This document shows, piece after piece, positions 51,455 through 63,600 of a stretch of DNA of 64,000 nucleotides (positions within the stretch are counted from its first letter, which is position 1; each line of letters begins with the position of its first letter). Source of the stretch: Geosiphon pyriformis uo1 (Eukaryota; Fungi; Glomeromycota); assembly GCA_016748015.1 (NCBI GenBank), contig JAAOMT010000741.1, positions 434,001-498,000 on the forward strand, read 5' to 3'. The notes beneath the pieces were generated by a model that was not told where the DNA came from, searched no databases, and saw nothing but the letters and a program-made list of their open reading frames with translations. A program made the position numbers and the translations under genes.

Positions 51455-51803
51455 CACACCCAATTAAAATATTACAATTATGTGGTATGGGGGTCGAATT
51501 AATGCCTCCTTGATTTAAAGTGGCTTAAAATAACAAAAACTTGGAAGAAATATTGCACGCCTTTTAAACCTGGGAAAATAATTTGGCTCAATTAGAATTT
51601 TGAAAAATAAATAAATACGCACCACGTTCACAGTCCCAACAGTATTGAGTCATTGAAAGATGAATCTAGAATATTTATATCAACTCCCTACCTATAAAAT
51701 AGGTCAGCTCAAAAATATATATTATATCGTTTGAGTATAAAACTCTCAGATGATCAATTCAAGATTGAAAATGAAAATATTTATAAAAACCTCAACGACC
51801 TCC

Positions 51804-53407
51804 TCACTTTTTCTCTACCTGTCTCCTGATACTCGTCAATAAATCGCTCACAGATGATTCATTGTATGTCCTCTCTTCATTGTTATTAGTATCATCCTGA
51901 ACTGCATCTTCAGCAAGATTTCCTATTGGACTGTTTAAAATTTTCTCGGCGGTTATTTCGAGTGATGTTAAAGAAGTTTCTGAATCAATTTCAAGAGTCT
52001 TTAATTTTTTTTTACGAATAAATGCCATTCGTGCTTCTAATTGCGATTTTCGCTTGTCTTTGATATTTTTCCTGAGAGACCTTTTTTGCTCTGTCTAAAA
52101 AAAGACTGCTTTTAATATCCAAACCAAGAACCTAGTTAGTATTTTATAAAAGTACATACCTCATAGCGCATTTCCTTCAATGCACTCATTTGCTCTTGAC
52201 GTTCTTCTTCATTCTTTGAAAATCGATAAAATCCAACCCCCTTTGTGCGAATTTCTATTGCAGTTTCCAAACTAATTAGTTTTGAAAATGCCTTTTGAAA
52301 AAATAAGAAATCAAAAATTATTACCTTTTGTTTCATCGTAATGAAGAGGTCCATCTGAATATTATGAATTGAATAAAAATCTCGATCATTTTAAATGTTC
52401 AGACATAACCGAACTAAGATGATTAATAAGTCCATACTATTTATTTCAGCCAATGCCTCTTCTTCCCATCTACGGCGCTCTTGCTCCATATACATATCTT
52501 TTGACATCATAGTAGGTTGTTCATCTCCATCACCATCACCATCCCCAGCTAATGACCTATATAGAAAACTTATTATGAGATAATATCTAATTTTCAATAC
52601 AGAAGAAAATAATGCGATGACAAACTTTGGGGGTGGCGAAAGCTCCTTTGGAACCTGACTTTTTCGCGTGACACGTGTACGTCCATACTCATCAATGTAC
52701 TCAACCCAAGGATCATCGTCATTCTCTTCTGTATCTAAATCGTTATCCTTAATATGTGAAATAGAACTGAGTATTCTGGATTGGGATGGATAAATAAAGA
52801 ATTTATTGCAATAACCTACAAATGGCTGTTCCGATATCTTACGGTCAAAATCTACTAATATTTCCTCTGCAAGTTTCTCGTCTAATAAAATAATCAGAAA
52901 AAAAGGTCATCCATAAGTTTGGGTATGAATTTTGTGAACTTGAGATTATGACATACCTTCGATTCCCGTTTTTTTGAGCCGATCATATAATTTTGCCTTT
53001 CTCTGTAGGGCCAATCGACTGGCCTCAAGGGTTGGCTTCTCCAATTCTCCCATTAATGCCATATCTCTTTTAGAGCGGTCGGATACTCCCTTATTTTGTC
53101 GGGTCCATATATCTTGTTTCTATTTTGAACTTTCAATTAAAATTTAAAATTTTTATCAAAGAAACGAATCAAGTTCAGAACATACAAACCTTCCCTTGTA
53201 ACCGTGATGCAGCAATTATGGGCTTGTCGCCAGCGGCCGCCTTTTGCTTTTTGAACTCCTCTTTTTGTTTAAAAAGTTCGGCTTTCAGATCAACAACCTT
53301 TTTCAAAAAAATGCTTTAACAATTGAAAGTTTTAGATCACATAAAAAAAGTTGAGAAAATCATACCGAGGAGCTACTAATGTCAATTGCGTTGCGTACAC
53401 TCTGCAT
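51804..53407 (-). CDS. CCDC174: CCDC174-like (DUF4078) coiled-coil protein, multi-exon
   Basis: ISSSS|VVDLKAELF, QNKGVSDRSKRD, LQRKAKLYDRL, LLVDFDRK, WVEYIDEYGRTR, EIRTKGVGFYRFS. Confidence 0.85.
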
Positions 53408-53586
53408 TATAGGATATTTTCGACGTTTGGTTTATTAGGTAAATTAAAAATGGCCAAAGATTTTTTGATCTATTTTTATATGGTGTTTTAATTAACTTGT
53501 ACCACGTGCACCCAGAACAATGGTATAGGCCTATAAATTGGTTCCGCTTGAGCTTTTTTCACCATAAACCTAACTTCTCAAGCGTC

Positions 53587-55438
53587 ATGGAGCAACTTGT
53601 TTCTGTTCAGAATTTACTTGACATAGTTGACAAAACTTTTGAAAGCATCGCTTCTGAATTTAAAACTCTCTTTCCTCAACACAAAAGTTTTAAAGCGGCT
53701 TGTACTTTGATGGAGTTGTTAGAGATTGGCGATTTGCAGGTTGAATAGTTGCACATCAGTTCTTCCACTTTGTCTGCTTTTTGAGCCGCTTTTTGTGCCT
53801 ATTTTTCTGCTGGGACACGCAACAGAGTGGTTGACTTTGATATGGCATCTTCGCTCTGCGAATAATTAGGCAAAAGCTCGCGTCGTAGCTCTCTATATTC
53901 TGTATAACCTCTACAGTGTTGTCCCTATCCTTCACAACCCGTTTCTTTTGTTATTCATCAATATCTACAAATCTCTTTCTTCGAATTATTACCTGAAAAC
54001 CAATCGCGAACTTTTTGTTGAATTTTGCGTTGGAAGATTAATTTTAACAGATAATGGTGGACAGGTAACCGTGAACCGATATTAGATCTGGTCATCAATT
54101 TTTGACGCGTCTTAATTTGTATTTTTGCCAAAAATCATATGAATTCAAAATCAGTTGGGGAAGAAGACAGCGATGGACGTGTTTCGGCAGTTTGCAGATG
54201 TTGAAAGTATGCCATTCAATAATAGTCAAGAAGTGAATATTGAAAGGCTTGAGTATTATATTGAAACTGAATTGGAAGTGGGGTTACCTTCCAAGGGAGA
54301 ACACATAAAGTATTGTACATTTCATCGGGAATTCTTGTTATTGAGAATTTTAGCAATTTTAATAATCTTAATAAAAACTTTAGACAAGTTTCTAATCTAT
54401 CATCATGGTCCTCCCTTGACAACCCTCAAATTGATGAAGCCTCAATTCTAATACCACCACTTATTCCTGTCATGCAGCAAGAGGTAAATTTCCAACTATT
54501 TCTTTTACAAATTTTGTTGGCAGTAATACCAGATTGATTTTCTTTTTTTAGCTTCAATGGATCAATCCGATTGGAAAACCAGAATTCGAGTGGGATTATA
54601 ATATAATGGCAGACTTTTCTGATAGGGATGAGGTTCGATTTTTGGTGGCAAAAGCCATAAATAGAGCCTTGACCATACCCGAAGAAAAGGTTAGAATCTT
54701 TCAATTGTCTCATGAAAAATAATAATTGAAGGCAGAGTTTAATTATTTTTTCTCCATCTTCAGTATGTATTGAACCAATTTGAAAAAGACTCCAAACTGG
54801 TCCACCATTGTAACCTTAATCCCGAAATGTTGCCAGATTTAGTTGAAAACAATCCAAGGATAGCCATTGAAGCATTGCTGCAACTTTTGCCGTCTCGACA
54901 GATTGGCCAGTAAGTCGATATTTTGGATGATTGGTAATGACAAGGAGATTGAGTCTGCAATTCTAATTCTTTGAAAATAGGTATTTGGAAGTTCTTGTTT
55001 CATTTGACGCTTCCAGGGAGTCGATGACAGATGTTGTGACTCGATTACGGTCATCTATGGAAGTTGTCAATCGGTTAACAACAGCCTGTCAATTACCAAC
55101 CGAATTTTTACACAAGTATATTTCCAATTGTATTCGTGCTTGTGACGAAAGTGAAAATCAAAATATTCAATATCGGCAAGTGCGTTTGGTAAGTTGTTTC
55201 TACTTTTATTCATGTTCTCGAGTATATGATGGAAAACAACTCTGCTCACTTTTATTGTGTTCACTAGGTTTGTGTATTTCTTCAATCCCTCATAAAAAAT
55301 TATATTATCGACGTTAGCGAGTACTTCATTGAGATCCAAGCGTTTTGTGTTCAATATTCGCGGATAAGGGAAGCCGCAGCTTTGTTTCGATTCTTGGCAG
55401 GATTTGAAAGACCACCTTTTGCTGATGATATGGATTAG
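53587..55438 (+). CDS. CNOT11: CCR4-NOT transcription complex subunit 11, multi-exon
   Basis: [80 protein letters not shown]. Confidence 0.93.
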
Positions 55439-56599
55439 AATGGTGGCGAAATGTAAATTATTGGTAAATATAAAACAGAAATCTATTAATGATTTTAGAT
55501 GTAGATTATAATATAGATCGTATATATTTGAAACATATAGCTTTGCAATAGAGCTCGTTTCCTACTATGTAAGCTTCGCTTTTATCTCTAAGCAATTTAC
55601 TTCTCTTACCGATGGGATTATTAAAAGAACAATCCTGGCGTATAATAATTTGAAGGTTAATTAGAAGAATATTGTAGGGACTGCTAGCTTAGGGAACTAA
55701 ATTTCAAATTACATAATTTTGAAAATTCACATACTGACAATTTTCTAACTCAGAGGAAACTCAAAAGTGAATAACAAAATGCTAAATAGCTTACTTATCA
55801 TTACTGAGATCAATTTAAAAACTTAGCTTAAAAAAATCAAAAGTTTTACGGCCACTCTTCCATACAACTTACCACAGGACAAAATTACAGCTTTACACGG
55901 TAACATTGTATTTACAAAGGGAAAAAACTTTGTTTTTTGAGAATTGAAATATGCCACAAACTGCAAAGCTTAAATTTAACAACAAATTACAACAATTATA
56001 AAAATAACAAAAATTTAATTTTTATATTTTATTATATTGACAAAATATTATTATACGTATTTTAAATATATGATTTATTTTTCTTTATATTTTATATTAT
56101 TGTATTTATTTTTTAATATTTTATATTAAATTTACAATGTAATATTAATAACTTTAAATATATGTATATAAAAAATTAAATTTGATATTTTCCGAATTAA
56201 AATAAGCTTAAATAAATTTTATTGTTGAAAATTTATTTAATAAATAAAATAAAATAAATAAATTTTGTAATTATACTTTTCCGTTTATAACTAAATAGTC
56301 AAGTGATATTATATATATGTTTATATTATATTTAATATTTCATAAATCTAACTATTTGTGATTAAAAATTAATGTCAATAAATTGAAATAATTAATATTT
56401 CATAAGTTGTAATTCTAATACTAAAAATTTTATACGTTATTTAATTCATTTATTTTAATTTTGAATTTTGAATTAATGCTTTTAAACTATTAGCTAATTT
56501 ATAACAGCTCAAATATAAATATAATAGTTAAAATTGGATATTCGTGTTGAATTTAATATGAGGCTTCTAACCCTTTAATGAACGGATGGATTATAACAT

Positions 56600-57760
56600 A
56601 CCAGTAATAGGCAATACTAAGCATTGCTATGTAAAGCCTATTATTTCTTGCATGGTCACTATAGGACCAAGGCTCTATCAAGCAATGCCCGGAGGAAAAA
56701 TCCCCCGAGCGCCATTTTCATCTCTATCCATCACAATCCCACAATTCCGGCAGTTGTACACTTTGAAACCTCTGATTCTTTGGATTTGCAAGCTTCATTC
56801 TGGATGATAACATGGACTACTAATTCCTCGGGATTGCTGATCAGACGTTGTCAAAAACGATAATGCGCCCAAAATTCCAAACAGTTTTCCGTTTAATCTT
56901 TCTTATATTGGGATTGACCATGTTCAACGAATGACAATGGCGTCGAATTCGCGGGTAAAGAACGTATTAGATTTCCGCTGAATTTCATTTGGAGATGTAT
57001 AACTTTTCACCGCATCCGAAAAATCGCCTTATCGAGCCGTCGGGCCATTTTATTCTTACCTTTTGAGGAGGATACTGCTGATTATCCTTTGGGAGATGAG
57101 TATTTGCAAATGCGAATATACAATGTTCATCAATCTTGCCTACACCTTTCGTGAGAGAGTACCATGTGGATTTCGAAAAATTCTGCACGCAAATTTTCAT
57201 TGTTTGTCGCAAGTCTTTTCGAGATCGAAATGATAGAAAGTGTGCTGAGAGACCTTGTCGATTCGCGTTTGTCCCTTGTTGATTCGTGTTTAAATTTTGC
57301 TGATTTACATTATGCTTAATTACTTCTTCGATAATATTCGCGGGCGCTTTGCCGTGCATACCACAAAGGAATATTCAAGACAACATTTCACATGAACTTG
57401 CAGCTTTTTTGAGTTTCTTGTCTTCGCGTTGATAAGCGTCTTTTCATCTGTGTAAAGCTTAAGTTTATCTTTGATGGATTGAGGCTTTATTCAAGCTTAT
57501 TGTGATTGACCGATTTGAGAATTTTTGGTATAAAAGCGACGATGTCGACTTCAGTAGACAACAGTATTATAAGCAAAATCTCGTCAAACTCAATCACCCC
57601 TTCGAGAGCTGCTTTTCGTATACAGCTTGATTAATAGTGTATGGATGAGAGTATCTTTCTTCTTTTGACGTTGCCACGAGCTGCTATCGCTTTTCCCTTG
57701 CGTTTCTCGCCTGTTCTGACACTTACGTCAATCTATCACCACAATTCCGCAGCTTGTTCG
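56600..57760 (-). mobile_element. Degenerate Fanzor2 / IS607-type TnpB element (pseudogene; stop at 56659-56661; 5' limit uncertain)
   Basis: Joining frames gives APANI..FLSFRSRKDLRQT..TWYSLTKGVGKI..MARRLDKAIFRMR..NEIQRK..FFTREFDAIVI..NMVN..KIKRKTV..WAHYRF*QRLIS..VHVIIQNEA..VYNCRNCGIVMDRDENGARGIFLRAL. Confidence 0.88.
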
Positions 57761-57979
57761 TCTTAAGAAAAGAAAAAGGTGATTTATTTTTCGCGATTTT
57801 GAACATGATAAGCATTATCCGTGTTCCCATACTTGCATTGTGCCAGAACAATGGCATATTGGATATATTGCGGCTTGTGTAATTTCCGACCGTCTTAATT
57901 CTTCTCGGCTAACTTTTTAAGCTTTTCCTCTTAAAAATCTTCCGTTTAAGATCAAGCAAAACCTCCTCAGACGTTCAGA

Positions 57980-59938
57980 ATGCTTGACATTCATCAAATT
58001 CTCAAAGACGTAAAACTCCAATTGCATGAACTCAAAGACGTGCATGAAACAATTTCGAAACTCGCAGCCAAAGCTAATGCTAACCCACTAAGTGTCGAAT
58101 TTGCCCAGCATCTTGATGAAAGTGACGACTTGAAAAACCTACGTAGTGAATTTTCAATACCTAAAGTTGGTGACATTGTGCCCAAAGAAATAGGTTGGCT
58201 TTTAAGAGGGGATCATTGAATTTTGGATTTTTACATTAATTGTTCAATTGTCACTTTCAATATTCATCTTCTCGCGCTCATTCTCCATTTTAGATCCAAT
58301 CGCTCCTAATGAAGATAGTGTCTATTTGTGTGGAAACTCACTTGGTTTGTTTCCAAAGCGGACCCGTCAGTTAATCAAGGAAGAGCTTGATGTTTGGGCT
58401 TCGTCGTAACTATATTTCAAAGGATTTTTGAAGGATATTGTTTTTTGTTTTTTTGAAAACTAACTCAAATATTTTACATCGACAATTTAGCGGTGTGACA
58501 GGTCATTTTGAGCACAAATATAATCGTCCCTGGTCAACCATTGACGAGACAGTAACAGGCAAGACGGCAGAACTCATTGGTAAATACCAATATTTGTTTG
58601 ACTTTATTCAACAGATTTACTTAATTTTTCCATTTTCAATAGGGGCAAAACCCATTGAGGTAGCCGTCATGAATACACTTACTTCTAATCTTCATCTACT
58701 CATGGTTTCATTCTATACACCAACAAAGGATCGCTACAAGATTTTAATAGAAGAAAAGGCCTTCCCATCTGATCAGGTCAATATTGATAATCATCAAGAT
58801 TATCATAATTTTCTTTTTAACTTTATTCCAGAATCGTTATTTATTCATTAAAACCTGTTCGAAAATGTATAGTATGCCATTGAATCTCAACTAAGGTTTC
58901 ACGGGCACCAACCTTCAGACGCGTTGATTACCGTAAAATCGCATTCTGGTGCACATACACTGGAAAACCAAGATATTATAGATCTGATAAATAAGGAAGG
59001 CGACAAGATCGCAGTGGTTTTACTAAGCGCTGTTCAATATTACACAGGTCAATTTTTTCACATTGAAAAAATCACCAAAGCAGCGCATAAGAAGGTTCGA
59101 GTGGAATTAGGATTGGCATTAAATATAAAAATTATTTTTTTGATTCTTGAAGCTTTTTTTATTTAGGGTTGCATTGTTGCATTAGATCTTGCTCATGCTG
59201 TGGGAAATGTGGTTTTAAGATTACATGATTGGAAAGTGGATTTTGCCGTCTGGTGTTCATATAAATATTTAAATGCTGGTCCTGGGGCAATCGGAGGGAT
59301 TTTCATTCATGAGAAGCACGCTCGTGATTTCAATAGACCCAGGTAGGCAATTTTTCTAGTCTATTCAAAGTTTCAACGGATTTGAATATAGCTTGCATCT
59401 TCATAGATTTGCCGGTTGGTGGGGACACGATAAAAATTCGAGATTTCAAATGAATAAACGTGAGTAATCATCCCAAAAATTAATTTTCATTAATCATTCG
59501 GCTAAATAAGTTGTCTTTATCTCAGCTTTCCAACCCCTTGATGGTGCTGGGGGGTTTCAAGTATCAAATCCTTCAGTTTTAGATACTGTTGCCCTTTTGG
59601 GTAGCTTGGAAGTTTTCTCTCAAACTAATATGTGGGATCTTCGAACCAAATCAATTCTGCTTACTGGCTATCTTGATTACCTTCTTGAAAAAGAAATTCA
59701 TGGGAAGGGTTACAAAATCATTACTCCGAAAGACCCTCGCCAACGTGGTGCTCAACTATCAATATTGATAGAAGGAGGAAAATTGAATAAAGTACTTGAA
59801 AAATTATTTACTCATGGTATCGTAGTGGATGAAAGAAGACCAGATTGCCTTCGAGTTTCTCCTGCTCCTCTGTACAATACCTTTAGTGATGTGTGGAGAT
59901 TTGTTAAGGCATTCAAATTTATACTTTCAGAGATCTAA
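57980..59938 (+). CDS. BNA5: Kynureninase, multi-exon
   Basis: [50 protein letters not shown] motif [29 protein letters not shown]. Confidence 0.96.
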
Positions 59939-60283
59939 TTAAAAATGGCCATTCTGACCAATCAAACTGTTACAAGTAATACTGTCACGGTGAAACAAAG
60001 AAAATGTATATACATGGTAGATTATGAAATCAACAATTTTTTCATAATTTCCACGCTTCACGTTTATTATAACGGTGGCGACGGGTTACTTTCTTTACCA
60101 CAATATTCCTCCTTTTTCTTACCATAATTCTTTTCCGTCTTCGTGATTCAGGAATAACACAAAGCACCTGTTTTGCTCGTTGCTCATCAAAAATTCGTGA
60201 TTGAATTTTTTTGAGGTCTTCTTGATGAGGACTTTGAATTTTTTATCTATCCACTTTGAAACTTTGCAAAAGTAAAAGGAACA

Positions 60284-61378
60284 ATGTCTTTATTGAAAAT
60301 AGGTTTCAGTGTTGTGGGCATATACACTTGTTTCTTAACATGGGGTGTTCTACAAGAACGTGTTTCGACAACACCCTACAGTCACAAAAATAATAGCACG
60401 ATATTTCAGAAGCCACAACGTTTTAAATATTTCATATTTTTAAACATGATTCAATCATTCATGGCGGCTATTGTGGCATTATTCTATTTAATCGGTAGTG
60501 GTAAATCTCTTGGAACCACGAATCCATGGGTCATCTTTCGCTACCTTCAGGTTGCATTTCTACAATCAATCGGATCACCTTTCGGCTATCATAGTCTCAA
60601 ACATATCGACTACCCGACCATGATTTTAGGTAAATCATGTAAATTGGTGCCAGTGATGCTGATGAACGTCATGCTATACCGAAAAAAGTTTCCATTGTAC
60701 AAATATATAGTTGTATCCTTGATTACACTTGGTGTATCAGGATTCATGTTACTGCAACCGGTATCCGAAAAGAAACGTGAAGTCATGACAAATTCATTGT
60801 ATGGAATTTTACTATTGACAGTGAATTTATTGCTGGATGGTGTCACGAATTCTACCCAAGATCAGATATTTCACAAGTATAAAGTGACTGGACAACAGAT
60901 GATGTTATTCATGAACTTGTTTAGTGGGCTTTTGATGTTTGGGTGGTTGGTGACGCCGTGGAACACTGAGCTAGGCAAGGCATTGGCCTTCTGTCATGAA
61001 TATCCCGCAGTCATTACTGATATTTTATTATTTTCATTATGTGGGGCATTGGGACAATGCTTCATCTTTTTCACTCTGCAAAATTTTGGATCTTTGTTTT
61101 TGGTCACGATTACGGTTACCCGAAAATTGTTCACCATGTTGTTGTCGGTGTTTTGGTTTGATCATCATTTGACAGTTGGCCAATGGCTTGCTGTCGCTTT
61201 GGTATTCACTGGAATCGGTTTAGAGGCGGTTGTGAAGCAAGCTGAAAAGTGGCGTCTTGAGAGAAATTTCGCAGCAAAAGAAGCTGCAAAGAAAAATGGT
61301 TATAAATTATCGAACGGTACCACTAAAGTAGTGTCAAAGAAAAAGAGTGGGGGAAAGAATAAATTTAAACATATATGA
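60284..61378 (+). CDS. HUT1: UAA-family ER nucleotide-sugar (UDP-galactose) transporter, intronless
   Basis: TWGVLQER, LKHIDYPTMILGKSCKLVPVM, DGVTNSTQD, ITVTRKLFTMLLSV; C-terminal KxKxx. Confidence 0.92.
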   Translation: MSLLKIGFSVVGIYTCFLTWGVLQERVSTTPYSHKNNSTIFQKPQRFKYFIFLNMIQSFMAAIVALFYLIGSGKSLGTTNPWVIFRYLQVAFLQSIGSPFGYHSLKHIDYPTMILGKSCKLVPVMLMNVMLYRKKFPLYKYIVVSLITLGVSGFMLLQPVSEKKREVMTNSLYGILLLTVNLLLDGVTNSTQDQIFHKYKVTGQQMMLFMNLFSGLLMFGWLVTPWNTELGKALAFCHEYPAVITDILLFSLCGALGQCFIFFTLQNFGSLFLVTITVTRKLFTMLLSVFWFDHHLTVGQWLAVALVFTGIGLEAVVKQAEKWRLERNFAAKEAAKKNGYKLSNGTTKVVSKKKSGGKNKFKHI

Positions 61379-61704
61379 AAATAAGAGACAATCAAATTGA
61401 AAATGTGACTTTGGGCGATAAAAAATATATTTTATTGAAGCTCGATTTTTTTTGAAAGATACGAGACAGAAAATGCAATTTGCTCTCGTAAAAGAATGAT
61501 ACATGATAATTTGATAGTATACTAGTAAACTTGGTATTTTTCTGAAATATTTCTGAGCTAAAAGTTTTTAATTTCAAGTTCAATATTAAGTTCACAATTC
61601 TTTGTGTGAAATACTTCTTTTTTAACTTTAAAAGATTGCGTTTTTAATTAAACAAGTTTATTACTACTATTAATTTAAATTTTAAACAATATTAAAAATT
61701 ACAC

Positions 61705-61805
<101 letters not shown>

Positions 61806-62042
61806 TTTTTCATAAAATAGTTATTTTTAAAAAAGAAATATTATTATTATTGTGTAAAGTTACATGTATAAAAATGAGTATTGAATGTTGAATGTTATAA
61901 ACAATCAGTTTTGATGTCATGGTATCCAGAAATTTCAAAAAACGGTTTTATATTAATTTATATAATCACATGAAAAGGGAATCTACCATTGCGTCATAGG
62001 ATTGACACATTGATAGTCGCACTTCTCTTCTACATTTAAAAT

Positions 62043-63255
62043 ATGACATTTTATCCTTTCCCCAATGATAGTTCACTTATTACGTCCGATGCCTCTTTGC
62101 GTCGCGCTCTTAACCGTCATACGAAAGACACACTTTTAGAATATGTAGAGCAATGGCTTCAATTACCAGAAACGTACCCTATAACACGTACGGATGAGAA
62201 ACTTGCTTTGGGAGACGAGGAAAACGAAGGGAACAATTACGAGGAAAATTTGCGAAAAAGTTTATGGAGGCCATACGCAAAGTTAAAACATAGTGGTTTT
62301 AAAAAGCAAGTAATTGATAGAGTCTTAAACAATGATTGGGCATGTCTTTTTTTTTCGATAGTTGTTTTAGAAACCATCCTCAATTTATAAAAAGCTTATT
62401 ACTTTTTTCCCAAAGCAGCACAATGGGCTGAATTTTTTGCAAGTTGCACAGTTAGACATGAAATGTCTGTATATCTACATTATCATTACAAATTCTCAAG
62501 GTTCCATCTCATTGAATGTTTTAATTTATAAAATGGATACAGATTATCGTGATCATTCCAGTACGATCAATTGGACAGCTTTCAAATTGTGTTCAGAACC
62601 AAGTAAGAAACTATAAATGTTGCTGATAACCAAAAAATAATAAACTTTTTCGCTAATGATTGTTATTTCCTTCCAAGATGCGATTAAAAAAGAATTTAGC
62701 TCAGTCCAAAAATTCAAAACTATTCTCTCGAAACAGATACTAACTTTTTTCATCAATGCAAGTAAATTTGCAATTGTTGAATGTTAAAAATTAGAACCAA
62801 AATTTAACTTGGATTCTTTTTTCCTAAAGCATGTCTACGTTGAACTTCAAGAAAACAATATTTGGACGAGGATTAGTATTTTTGATGGAATACCTATCAA
62901 TTCTCTTCCTCCCAACAGTAGCATTATTTATCTTGTTTATTTTATGAAATCCGAGTACATTATATGTGGAAATATTAAGCCTGAGCACAAAAAATATTTT
63001 CTTCAGGTAATATTATTTCAAAATTGTCGGCCCAATCATCTTATTGCTCTCTAATATCCTTTGAATTATTGAAGGGTATTTCAAGAACATTTGGATGCGA
63101 ACAAATTCAAGAATTGCACTTAAAAGGAGAAAATGTTGAATCTTTACGAGAGCTTCTTTTATGTTCCTCATCCCAAGAGTCTCACAATCACCCTGTTTGA
63201 ATCAATTAGACACGAACTCTTAAAAATATTGATCAAAGAAACAGAAATTAGAAGG
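62043..63255 (+). pseudogene. CHL4: CENP-N/Chl4-like kinetochore gene, N-terminal half only, frameshifted near 63180
   Basis: LNRHTKDTL..VEQWL, KKQVIDRVLNNDW-HNGLNFLQVAQLD, WTAFKL, HVYV..WTRISI, SQ...LNQLDTN. No C-terminal half before the next gene. Confidence 0.7.
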
Positions 63256-63600
63256 TAAGTTATTATTTTTTATTCTTAATAAGTTCCATTTTTATTAATT
63301 CAATTTCAAAAGTTTTGACTTATGCCACCCTATTTGGTCCATAATAGTCCTTAGAACTCTTAAAAAAACGACGTGCCATGATTTTCTCTATAATGATTTA
63401 CGATAACACTACGTTAATTGAGTGTAAATGGTGATCATGAACTTTTCCGAATATCTTGGGATACCAATGCTGCAATCCCTACCTTTTCTTAGAAGTAAAA
63501 ACCAAGGTTGCCTTGCGTTGTGTTCCTCCTGACCACTAACCACTACTTTGTTCACCGGGTTTCTCGTTTGAGCTTGTTCTGGGAAAATTTCATACTCTCC

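Noticed and set aside
56586-56863. Plus-strand ORFs of 73 and 79 aa
   Set aside because: Antisense to the Fanzor C-terminus.
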